Source: Squalus acanthias
Lineage: Eukaryota
Direction of reading: 5' to 3'
Assembly: GCA_030390025.1 (NCBI GenBank)
Contig: CM059431.1
Span: 153,266,001-153,330,000 of the forward strand
Length of the DNA stretch: 64,000 nt
This document shows, piece by piece, positions 1-10,200 of this stretch. Every line of letters starts with the position of its first letter. The stretch's first letter is position 1. The notes beneath the pieces are model-generated. The model did no database searches. It was not told the origin of the DNA and saw nothing but the letters and a program-made list of their open reading frames with translations. A program made the translations under genes and the position numbers.

Positions 1-216
1 AAATGGTGGAGAACCGTGGTCCCAGCAGCGACCCTTGTGAAAAACCACTTTCCACCTTTCACCAGTCGAAGTGTTTAACTTTAACCCGCACTCTCTAGTT
101 ATCGTTTTGTATCCAGATTGCTTTTTTTTCTGCTACTTGCCCCCTGACTCCATGCACCGACCTCAGTTAGGAGTCGACTATGTGGTACCTTATCAAAGGC
201 CTTATGAAAGTTCAAT
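1..216 (-). mobile_element. Degenerate CR1 LINE RT fragment
   Basis: Reverse strand carries decayed [12 protein letters not shown] (tgtggtaccttatcaaaggcc) and QGSVLGP-like (ggtcccagcagcgacccttg) codons, as in other CR1 copies here. Confidence 0.7.
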
Positions 217-326
217 GGATTGGAAATGTCAATGGACTGGGATATATAAATGGATTGGAAAAGTGAATGGAGTGGGATTTGTCAATAATTGGGGAAATCA
301 ATGGACTAGGATATATAAATGGATTC

Positions 327-795
327 GTAGAATCATAGAATCATAGAATGGTTACAGCACAGAAGGAGGTCATTCGGCCCGTCGAGACCGTGCCGCATTT
401 CTGCAAGAGCACTTCAGCAAGTGCTATTCCCCCGCCCTTTCCCCGTAGCCCTGCAATTCTTTTTTATCCTTCAGGTACTTATCCAATTCCATTTTTAAAG
501 CCACGATTAAGTCTGCCTCCACCATTCTTTCAGGCATTGCATTCAAGAACCTATCCACTAGCTGCGTAAAAAAGTTTTCCCTCATGTCGCCTTTGGTTCT
601 TTTGCCTATCACCTTAAATCTGTGTCCTCTGGTTCTCGTCTCTTCCACCAACGGGAACAGTTTCTCTCTATCTTCACTGTCTAGACTCCTCATTATTTTG
701 AACACCTCTATCAAATCTCCCCTCAACCTTCCCTGCTCCAAGGAGAACAACTCCAGCTTCTCTCGTCTATCCACGTAAATAAAGTGAAAGTTCAT
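327..795 (-). mobile_element. 5'-truncated CR1 LINE (RT C-terminus and 3' UTR)
   Basis: ORF 424-933 contains LRGDLIEVFKIM...TRGHRFK...FFTQ...GYGERAG; (ATTCTATG)n tail is seen as tagaatcatagaatcatagaat. Confidence 0.9.
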
Positions 796-1169
796 TAAAA
801 TTCGGAAAGTTAATGGACTGGGATAAATAAATGGATGAGGATAGTCAGGTGTATAAAGCATCAATGCTTTCACAAACTGCAACCACCTGGGAATGTTAAC
901 AGATCGAGATATAATATTGTGGAATAATGTCAACGATTGGGAATGCCAATGGTTTACGAATGATCGATAGTTTGGTAAACCAACCGCTGCCTTTATGTCT
1001 GACTGTACCTTTGCCTATGTCAGTTTGTCTGTCACTGCTTCTGGCGTGTGACTTTGCACCTTCCGCCCGTCTGAGAGTCGGCTCAGTGGGTCAGAGCCAG
1101 AGCTTCAGATTCGAAACGTCGTGGGTTCATTTGTCAATGATCAGCCCGATTGTCGTCCGTTTCTCATGA

Positions 1170-1553
1170 GCTCTCTCGGCTCTGGGTCAATAAGTCATGG
1201 TTTCATATTCCTCTTCCGTGAGACCTGAGCCCGAAATCAAGGTCGTCACTCCCAGTGCAGTACTGAGGGAGTGCTACATTGTCGGAGGTGCAGTCTTCTT
1301 TAGAGGTGGATGTTGCTTCTTCAGGTGGACATAAAAATCGCATTGCACGATTTCGAAGAAAAGCAGTGATGTGCTTCCCGGTGTCCTGGGCAATAGCTAC
1401 CCCTCAACATCAATAAAGAAGGAAAACAGGATTTACAGTTTGCTATTTGTGGAACTGTGCTGTGCGCAAATTGGCTGCCGCGTTTCCTTCATTGGTTTTA
1501 AAGCGCTTTGGGAGGTCCGGCGGTCACCAAAGGCGCTATATAACTGCAAGTAT
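1170..1553 (+). mobile_element. tRNA-derived Deu-domain SINE (SacSINE1-like)
   Basis: Core cactcccagtgcagtactgagggagtgctacattgtcggaggtgc...tcaggtggac and tail tgtgcgcaaattggctgccgcgtttcc...aaagcgctttggga...aaaggcgctatata; related copies at 11555, 12990, 38690 and 50838. Confidence 0.8.
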
Positions 1554-1955
1554 TCTGCCGTCCACTATCAGTCTCAGTCTCTTTGTCTGATTTAAGGTCC
1601 AAGTTGCTTTGTCCCTTTTATATGTGGTACTGATGCATTAGGTGTGACTGTAGACTTGGTACTAATAGACAGGGGGCACTCCAAGCGAGATTGACTATCT
1701 CTCTGTCTCTAATACCAGCAGATTTGAGAATATCAAAGAAGTTAAGAGATGGGAAAATAATTATGCCTCGCTCCTGTTTCAAACCACAAAATGAAGGAAA
1801 TGCTACCGCCGGGAAACCTAGTCCAGCAGATTTGTTAAATATCCAAAGTTTACACGGGGAGTTAAAGATTTTACCTGTGATGGTGAGAGACAAGGACACA
1901 GGGGATTAAGTGGCTCGGGGAAAATCATGTAATTAATGATTGGAGTCATAAAACC

Positions 1956-2028
1956 GCTACAGATATAGGTTTGAACCAGCGATCAGCGAGTTTACAAGAC
2001 GGATGCCCTACAACTTGGCGACCAGGCC
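1956..2028 (-). pseudogene. Degenerate tRNA-Thr (anticodon reads TGT), probable pseudogene
   Basis: Minus strand GGCCTGGTCGCCAAGTTGTAGGGCATCCGTCTTGTAAACTCGCTGATCGCTGGTTCAAACCTATATCTGTAGC (73 nt) resembles vertebrate tRNA-Thr(CGT). It has A- and B-box-like motifs and is followed by GGTTTT, but the acceptor and anticodon stems pair poorly. Confidence 0.65.
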
Positions 2029-2872
2029 ACATGTCAGGACTGGTTACAACAACTTGTGGATAAAAAGAACAAAAAAGCAACTCATTTTAAACTTTTTAGC
2101 CTTCATAAGGAGATTTCCAAATCCAAGATTTGCCAGTACAACCAAGATGGTTAAAGAAGCAGAATCATCTCAAATGTCCTAAAATTCCAATTCAAATCAT
2201 TAGCGTTCTAAAAATTCAAACTGCCAATTTTAATAGGTGAAAGTCTCATGTCCGGAATTAGAACCCTTCCCATAATTTAAAATAATAAGCAGAATTTCAA
2301 TGTGGCCAAAATGAATGTCGGGTTTTCACAATTTAATAGTTAATTCACCTCAATGGCTCCAGTGTAATTCAGGCCAATAATTTATTAACTGACAGCAATA
2401 CAGAACAGATAAAATAATCAAAAAAGCACATGCTTACAAAATCTAAGAAAATTACGTCATCTGTTTTCTTTTGTTCTTCAGGCGCCTTTCCAAATAACTG
2501 TAACATAATTGAAGAAAAAGGTGGCTTTCACAGTTAAAGAAAACCTTTAACATTTTTACACAAAAGGGAAAGAGGGCGGAACCACATCCAGCAGCACCGA
2601 AACATTGACACAGGCTTTATAAAGAGACAGTACACTGAAATCTTGCAGCCTTTCGCAGTAGAAAAGGGACAGAATCTTTCCTTTCTCCTTCTATATTCCA
2701 TCATAGACTACTTTATCCTTTTTCTCTCGAACCAATTTTTAATTTCTGATGTTTGCTTATTAACCGCATTTCGAATAACAGTCAATTATAACCAAGACGA
2801 ACTGGTTACCTTTCTGAGTCCTGTGAAACGGACCAATGTCAACAATCTGCAACTTGCTCTCTGTCTACCCCA

Positions 2873-3361
2873 TCAGTTCCCCTTAATACCTTGAAAGCTT
2901 CGATCAAATCACCCCTTACCGTCTAAATTCCAGGGAATATCACCGTCGTTTATTTAATCTCTGCTCGTATTTTAACCCATAGATTCTGGCAAATCTACGC
3001 TGCAGTCCATCCAAGGCCAAGATATCCTTCCTAAGATATGGTCTAACCAGGGATTAGTACAGCTGTAGAATAAATTCTACCCTCTTGTATTCTAGTCCTC
3101 CAGATATTAAGGCCAAGATTCCATTAGCCTGTTTGATCATTTCTGTATCTATCCTGGACATTTTAATGATCTCTGTACATAGACCCCCAAGTCTCTTTGG
3201 ACCGGCACTGTTTCTGGCTTTTCTCCATTTAGAAAGTACTCTGTTCTATCCTTTTATGTTCAAAGTGAATTAACTCACGTTTGCCTGCATTGAAATTCAT
3301 TTGCCACAGTTTTTGACCATTTACTTAATCTATTAATATCTCTTTGTAATTTTATGCTTCC
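2873..3361 (-). mobile_element. Degenerate CR1 RT fragment
   Basis: Decayed minus-strand homology to the RT C-terminal region (ccaaggccaagatatccttcctaag, attccattagcct, gaccatttacttaatct). Confidence 0.65.
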
Positions 3362-4494
3362 GTTGATTTAAAATAAAAGTTAACTGAGGAAATCACCTAA
3401 AAAGTAATCTCACTGTGATGAGTACAAAGCACACCCTGGCACTTGTGTGGCGAGAATGTTACTTGCCACTTATCAATCCAGGCCTGAATGTCTGTGATGT
3501 CTACAATAGATTGTGGTGTACGTGGCGAGCACAATGTCTCCTCCACTGTTACGTCAGAGCACCCCATATTTTTGTATCTGTTCTACTCCCACTATAAAAT
3601 ACAAAATGTATACAGCACATACTTACAGATGTTCTTCATCCTGTACCCTGCAGCGTAGTTGTTACCGTAAGATGCAGACGGCGGTAGAAGTTTACCTCCT
3701 GTCCCAGTGCTCGCTCGCAATTGTGTTCTTGATGCATGAGGTTTCTTCTATCCGATGTCTATGAGCCCCCAGTGTTCAAAAAAAAGGTGGAAGTTGAGGC
3801 CCTGGTGGCTCGCCAATAATCTTGGTAAAACACACATATTGTCTTTTTACATGAGTCGTAATGAATTTAGTCGTTGCTTCATGTTCAACACCTTTATTTT
3901 TTCAGTCAGCATGCAAAGCACGTTACCAGCAGAGTAGATTAAACAGATACGAATACAGAAATGTAGACATGCATTTTTCTAAGCACAAAATGTCTCTTTT
4001 CACATGATTTTTGTTCCCCTAGTAAACTTGAATCTGCTTCTTCTCCCTTGATTGGATTCATTGTGTCACCTGACTTAACATGACTCTCCCTTCAGTAACT
4101 TTCCATTGTCACCAGACTGATCCAAGGCCTCGGTTATCCTTCACGTAGCATTCCCTTATCTCGTCTGTCCTCATTCTTTCATCTGTCTGCTTTCTGTGTG
4201 AAAAGCAGCTGCATTTTAACAACTTATTTTCTTTCAAATGTTTACAACCAAAAGGCTTTCTTCTGGCAGGCTTCCAGGATCCAGGTACAATGCTTTATTT
4301 CAATTAATTACGCACACACACACTCTCTCGCAATAATGTTTCATATTCTCTATGCTAAACTAGTTTAATTTCCCACCTATTTTTCTGCTAAACTATTTTT
4401 TATCGTCTCAGTTACCTGATGCTTTTAGTTTGTCTGCTCAGCTAACTGTTAGTTTCCCATCAAGCTCTCTGCCTCTCCCTTCTCCATGTTTCAA

Positions 4495-5002
4495 GAGGGA
4501 GTGCAGCGAAGGTTCACCAGACCGATTCCTGGGATGGCAGGACTGTCGTATGAGGCGAGGTTGGGTCGACTAGGCCTGTATTCACAAGAGTTTAGAAGAA
4601 TGAGAGGGGATCTCATTGAAACGTATAAAATTCTGACATGGCTAGAGAGACTGGATGCAGGGAGGATGTTTCCCCTGGCTCGGGGGTCTGGAACGAGGGG
4701 TCACAGTCTCAGGATACGGGGTAGGACATTTAGGAATGAGATGAGGAGAAATTTCTTCACTCAGAGTGTGGTGAACCTGTGGAATTCACTGCCACAGAAG
4801 ACTGTGGAGGCCAAGTCACTGAATTTATTTACAAAGGAGATAGATAGATTTCGAGAAGCAAAAGGCATCAAGGGGTATGGGGAGAGAGCAGGAATATGGT
4901 ATTGAGTTAGAGGATCAGCCATGATCATATTGAATGGCGGAGCAGCTTGAAGGGCAGAATGGTCTAATCCTGCTCCTATTTTTCTATGTTTCTATGTTTC
5001 TG
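4495..5002 (+). mobile_element. 5'-truncated CR1 LINE 3' end
   Basis: ORF EGVQRRFTR...RMRGDLIETYKIL...GYGERAGIWY, then the 3' UTR hairpin and (TTTCTATG)n tail. Confidence 0.92.
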
Positions 5003-5817
5003 TGTCCCGTGTACCAACACAATTTTCCTACTCTTCTTGCAATATTACAATTGGGCTCGATACAACTTTTCCTCTGAGTGTCAGTATGGAATATGTGTTC
5101 GGTCTCTGGGGCGGGCTTCAACCCGAGACATTATGACTCAGAGGGGATAGAGTTCCACCACAGGACTCACCTGAAAGACCCAACATGTTCGTTTCCCTTT
5201 GATCTGCACATCCAACCTGAGCCCGCACTCATTCTAGCAGTCCCGCGACAAGCCAAATATCTCCCTCTTCTGCACATTGTATATTGCCTCTTAGAACCCA
5301 AATGATGGAAACATAAAATGACACAGCACAGAAGGGACCATGCGGCACATCATGCCTGAACTGGCTCTTTGAAAGAGCTATCCAAGTAGTCCAAATCTCC
5401 TGTTCTTTCTCCATAGCCCTATTTTACCCCTTCAAGTATTTATCCAATTCCCTTTCGAAAGTTACTATTAACTTTGTTCAAAAGAAATGTATTGGCCGCA
5501 CTGTGGCGATGGCAGGCACCCGCGAGCGTGTGAATATTGGGATTTTGCAGGTTTTTGTATTTAGATGTTATTGTACATAATAAGAACATAAGAACATAAG
5601 AAATAGGAGCAGGAGTAGGCCAATCGGCCCCTCGAGCCTGCTCCGCCATTCAATAAGATCATGGCTGATCTGATCCTAACCGCCAATCTACTATCTATCA
5701 CAGAACTATCTCCTGCATCTAACAGAATTGCACACACGAAATAGGAGCAGAATCAGGCTACACGGTCCCTGGGCCCGCTCCACTACCCACAGGGCCATGA
5801 CCGATCCGAACCTAGAC

Positions 5818-8016
5818 TCATGTCCAAATTCCTGCCCGCTCCCCGTAACCCTTAATGCCCTTTACTTCTAGGAAACTGTCTATTTCTGTTTTAAATTTAT
5901 TTAATGATGTAGCTTCTACAGCTTTTTGTGGCAGCATATTCAATGGACCTACCACCCTCTGAGTGAAGTAGTTCCTCCTCATCTCAGTTTTGAAAGAGCA
6001 GCCCCTTATTCTAAGACTATGTCCCCTATTTCTAGTCTCACCCGTCATCGGGAACATCCTCCCCGCATCCACCCGATCCAAACCCTTCACAATCTTATAT
6101 GTTTCAATAAGATCGCCTCTCATTCTTCTGAACTCCAATGAGTAGAGTCCCAATCTACCCAACCTCTCCTCATATGCCCACCCCCTCATCCCCGGGATTA
6201 ACCGAGTGAACCTTTTTTGCACTGCCTCGAGAGCAAGGATGTCTTTCCTTAAGTAAGGACACCAAAACTGTATGCAGTATTCCAGGTGCGGTCTCACCAA
6301 TACCTTGTACAACTGAAGCAATACCTCCCTATTTTTATATTCTATCCCCCTAGCAATGAAAGCCAACATTCCATTTGCCTTCTTAATCACTTGCTGCACC
6401 TGCATACTAACCTTTTGAGTTTCGTGCACCAGGACCCCCAGATCCCTTTGCACTTCAGTACTCTCCAGTTTCTTGCCATTAAGATAATAAATTGCTTTAG
6501 GATTTTTCCTGCCAAAGTGCATCACCTCACACTTTCCAGTGTTGTATTCCATCTGCCAAATCTCTGCCCACTTACTTAGCCTGTCTATGTCCCCTTGCAG
6601 GTTTTTTATGTCCTCCTCACTCACTACTTTCCCGCCCAACTTTGTATCATCTGCAAATTTTGATATGTTACACTTGGTCCCTTCCTCCAAATCGTTAATA
6701 TAGATTGTAAAGAGTTGGGGACCCAGCACTGACCCCTGTGGAACACCACTAGTTACTGATTGCCAGTCTAAGAATGAATCATTTATCCCAACTCTTTGCT
6801 TTCTGTTAGATAGGCAATCCTCTATCCATGCCAGAATATTACCCCCAATCCCGTGATTTTTTACCTTAAGCAATACTCTTTTGTGTGGCACCTTGTCAAA
6901 TGCCTTTTGGAAGTCTAAATACACTACGTCCACTGGTTCCCCTTTATCCACTCTATATGTTACTTCCTCAAAGAACTCCAGCAAATTTGTCAAACATGAC
7001 TTCCCCTTCGTAAAACCATGCTGACTTTGTCCTATTAAATTATGATTATCGAAATGTCCTGTTACTGTTTCCTTAATAATGGACTCCAAAATTTTACCTA
7101 CCACATATGTTAGGCTAACCAGTCTATAGTTACCAGCCTTCTGTCTACTGCCCTTTTTAAATAAGGGTGTTAAATTAGCAGTTTTCCAGTCTGCCGGGAC
7201 CTTAGCGGAATCCAGGGAGTTTTGAAAAATTATTACCAATGCATCTACAATTCCTACCGCCACTTCCTTCAAGACTCTAGGATGTAAGCCATCAGGTCCA
7301 GGTGATTTATCCGCCTTGAGTCCCATTATTTTACCGAGTACCACTTCCTTAGTGATTTTGATCGTGTTTAGCTCCTCTCCCCCTATAGCCCCCTGTTTGT
7401 CCAGTGTTGGGATATTCTTAGTGTCCTCTACTATAAAGACTGACACAAAATATTCATTCAGTGTTTTTGCCATCTCCATATTTCCCACCATTAATTTCCC
7501 GGTCTCATCCTCTAAAGGACCAACATTTACTTTAGCCACCCTTTTTCTTTTTATATAACTATAAAAACTCTTACTATCTGTTTTTATATGTTTTGCTAAT
7601 TTACTTTCATAATCTATCTTCCCTTTCTTAATCAATCTTTTTGTTATTTTTTGCTGCCTTTTAAAGTTTTCCCAATCCTCTGTCCTCCCACTAGATTTCG
7701 CTACCTTATATGCCCTTGTTTTTAGTCGAATACTATCCTTAATGTCTTTACTTAGCCACGGATGACTGTCCTTTCTTTTACACCCTTTTCTTTTCAGTGG
7801 AATATATATTTTTTTTAAGTTGTAAAATAACTCCTTGAATGGACACCACTGATCAAGTGTCGTCTTACCCTTTAATCTATTTTCCCAATCCACTCTACTC
7901 AATTCCGCTCGCATACCTTCATAGTCTCCTTTATTCAAGCTTAGCACGCTTGTTTGAGATCCAACCTTCTCACCCTCTAATTGAATATGGAATTCAACCA
8001 TGTTATGGTCACTCAT
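5818..8016 (-). CDS. CR1 ORF2, major open segment (end of endonuclease plus reverse transcriptase)
   Basis: 732 aa with [32 protein letters not shown] and KFADD. It is separated from the endonuclease N-terminus (8628-8164: LNARS, ITETWL, GGGVA, YRPP) by in-frame stops near 8164, so ORF2 is defective. Confidence 0.92.
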   Translation of the reverse strand: MSDHNMVEFHIQLEGEKVGSQTSVLSLNKGDYEGMRAELSRVDWENRLKGKTTLDQWCPFKELFYNLKKIYIPLKRKGCKRKDSHPWLSKDIKDSIRLKTRAYKVAKSSGRTEDWENFKRQQKITKRLIKKGKIDYESKLAKHIKTDSKSFYSYIKRKRVAKVNVGPLEDETGKLMVGNMEMAKTLNEYFVSVFIVEDTKNIPTLDKQGAIGGEELNTIKITKEVVLGKIMGLKADKSPGPDGLHPRVLKEVAVGIVDALVIIFQNSLDSAKVPADWKTANLTPLFKKGSRQKAGNYRLVSLTYVVGKILESIIKETVTGHFDNHNLIGQSQHGFTKGKSCLTNLLEFFEEVTYRVDKGEPVDVVYLDFQKAFDKVPHKRVLLKVKNHGIGGNILAWIEDCLSNRKQRVGINDSFLDWQSVTSGVPQGSVLGPQLFTIYINDLEEGTKCNISKFADDTKLGGKVVSEEDIKNLQGDIDRLSKWAEIWQMEYNTGKCEVMHFGRKNPKAIYYLNGKKLESTEVQRDLGVLVHETQKVSMQVQQVIKKANGMLAFIARGIEYKNREVLLQLYKVLVRPHLEYCIQFWCPYLRKDILALEAVQKRFTRLIPGMRGWAYEERLGRLGLYSLEFRRMRGDLIETYKIVKGLDRVDAGRMFPMTGETRNRGHSLRIRGCSFKTEMRRNYFTQRVVGPLNMLPQKAVEATSLNKFKTEIDSFLEVKGIKGYGERAGIWT

Positions 8017-8805
8017 TCCAAGGGGATCCTTTACTAGGACATTTTTAATTAATCCTGTCTCGTTACACAGGACCAGATCTAAGGTTGCTTGCCCCCTGGT
8101 CGGTTCAGTTACATACTTCTCAAGAAACCCATCCCTAATACACTCAATGAACTCATCCTAAATTCAGCCCTGCCCCATTTGATTTGTCCAATTAATATGA
8201 TAGATAAAATCCCCCATAATTATAGATGTTCCCTTATTACATGCCTCAACTATTTCCTGATTGATACTCCGTCCAACAGAGTTGCAACTGTTCGGAGGCC
8301 TATAGACTACGCCCACTAGTGTTTTTTTCCCCTTATTATTCCTTATCTCCACCCAAACTGTTTCATTATCATGATTTTTTGACCCAATATCATTACTCTG
8401 TATTACAGTGATTCCTTCCTTTATTAACATAGCCACCCCACCTCCCCTTCCTTCCTGCCTGTCCTTGCTGATCGTTAAATAACCTGGTATGTTTAATTCC
8501 CAGGCATTGTCACCCTGCAGCCATGTTTCTGTAATGGCCACAATATCATAACCATATGTAGTTATTTGTGCCATTAACTCGTCTATTTTGTTATGAATGC
8601 TACGTGCATTCAGATAGAGAACTTTCAAATATGCTTTGTGGCACTTAGTTCCTGCTTTTTCATTTTTACCACTTTACCTTTTACTCCACACACTCTGTCC
8701 CTTCCTGCCACGCTCTGATTTGTGATTCCACTGCTGCTACCTATGTCTATGACCTTCTCTGTTGTCATTTTTATTTTTTGCTCTCTTTAAACCTCCCCCC
8801 ACTAA

Positions 8806-9762
8806 TTAGTTTAAAGCCCTCTCCAAAGCCCTAGTTATTCGATTCGCCAGGACACTAGTCCCAGCACTGGCCAAGTGAAGTCCGTCCCAACGGAACAGCT
8901 CTCTCCTGCCCCAGTACTGGTGCCAGTGTCCCAAGAAGCAAAACCCATTTTTCCCACACCAGTCTTTGAGCCACGCATTCAACTCCCTGATTTTATGTAC
9001 CCTAGCCAAATTCGCTCGTGGCTCAGGTAGTAATCCAAAGATTATTACCCTCGAGGTTCTGCTTTTTAATTTGGCCCCTAGCTGCTCAAACTCCCTCAGC
9101 AGAACCTCTTTCCTTGTCCTATCTATGTCATTGGTACCAACATGGACCACGACAACTGGATCCTCCCCCTCCCACTCCAAGTTTCTCTCCAGCCCAGTGG
9201 AGATGTCCTTAACCCTGGCACCGGGCAGGCAACACAGCCTTCGGGACTCTCGCTCTTGGCTGCAAAGAACCCTATCTATCCCCCTAATGATACTATCCCC
9301 TACCACTACAACATTTCTTTTTACTTCCCCCACTTGAATGGCCCCCCTTACCACGGTGCTGTGGCCAGGTTGCTCATCCTCCCTGCAGTCCCCGCTCCTA
9401 TCCACACAGGGAGTAAGAGCCTCGAACCTGTTGGACAAGAGCAAGGGCTGCGGCTCCTCCAATACTACCTCCTGGATCCCTGTACCTGCCTCACTCGTAG
9501 TCACACCTTCCTGTCCCTGACCACGGGCTACTTCTGAATTAGTTACTCTAATTGGTGTGACTACCTCCTGAAACACGGAGTCCAGGTAACTTTCCCCCTC
9601 CCTGATGTGTCGCAGTGTTTGAAGCTCGGACTCCAGCTCATCAACACGGAGCTGGAGTTCCTCGAGCAGCCAACACTTACTGCAAATGTGTTCACCGTGA
9701 ACATCAATGGTGTCCACCAGCTCCCACATATTGCAGCAGTAACACATCACCTGCTCTCCCAT
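8806..9762 (-). CDS. CR1 ORF1p: Cys-rich zinc knuckle, leucine-zipper coiled coil and SGNH esterase
   Basis: Intact 318 aa with CYCC...CSKC, LEELQLRVDELESEL, and SGNH blocks VGDS, PGA, VGTND and DGLH. Confidence 0.92.
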   Translation of the reverse strand: MGEQVMCYCCNMWELVDTIDVHGEHICSKCWLLEELQLRVDELESELQTLRHIREGESYLDSVFQEVVTPIRVTNSEVARGQGQEGVTTSEAGTGIQEVVLEEPQPLLLSNRFEALTPCVDRSGDCREDEQPGHSTVVRGAIQVGEVKRNVVVVGDSIIRGIDRVLCSQERESRRLCCLPGARVKDISTGLERNLEWEGEDPVVVVHVGTNDIDRTRKEVLLREFEQLGAKLKSRTSRVIIFGLLPEPRANLARVHKIRELNAWLKDWCGKNGFCFLGHWHQYWGRRELFRWDGLHLASAGTSVLANRITRALERALN

Positions 9763-9976
9763 TCTATGTAATTAATTAAAAATTTATTATTTACCCTTCA
9801 GTTAATTTATGCCAGCAGTCTCCGCTACACCACAGATACCCGAGAAACTATAAACTATGGAATTGAAGTTTTGTATAAAAAAAGAGAAATACTCACCAAC
9901 CAATCACTTACCTGCTTTCTGGTGACATCACACTTCGATTATTTTTTACCTCTCTCCTGCTCTCGGCTTGGTGAAA

Positions 9977-10200
9977 GCCTACCTGGTCGCTGCCGCCTTT
10001 TACCGCCGCCGCCTCGCCGCTGTTGCTCCACCCAGGTCCGCCGCCTCTGTGGGCCTACCTGGTCGCTGCCGCCTTTTACCGCCGCCGCCTCGCCGCTGTT
10101 GCTCCACCCAGGTCCGCCGCCTCTGTGGGCCTACCTGATCGCTGCCGCCTCTTACCGCCGCCGCCTCGCCGCTGTTGCTCCACCCAGGTCCGCCGCCTCT
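9977..10200. repeat. Three tandem 76-bp GC-rich monomers at the 5' end of CR1 copy A
   Basis: Unit gcctacctggtcgctgccgccttttaccgccgccgcctcgccgctgttgctccacccaggtccgccgcctctgtgg starts at 9977, 10053 and 10129 (third copy slightly short). Confidence 0.95.

Larger units (their letters stand above)
5581..10200 (-). mobile_element. Near full-length young CR1 LINE (copy A)
   Basis: GC-rich 5' end, ORF1 (9762-8806), APE endonuclease and RT ORF2 (8628-5818), 3' UTR and (TTCTTATG)n tail at ~5581-5603. Confidence 0.96.

Noticed and set aside
1072..1145. tRNA-like segment with CTTCAGA (UCA at the anticodon position), a tempting opal-suppressor partner for the GCNT UGA
   Set aside because: The acceptor, anticodon and T stems do not pair and the B-box is degenerate; it lies just upstream of a SINE and is best read as a decayed tRNA-derived head.
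2574..2623. GC box plus TATAAA as a promoter
   Set aside because: No downstream exon or ORF can be supported; short motifs are expected by chance.
3621..3780. Possible minus-strand exon ending at a GTAAGT donor
   Set aside because: No frame gives a recognisable protein and no convincing acceptor was found.
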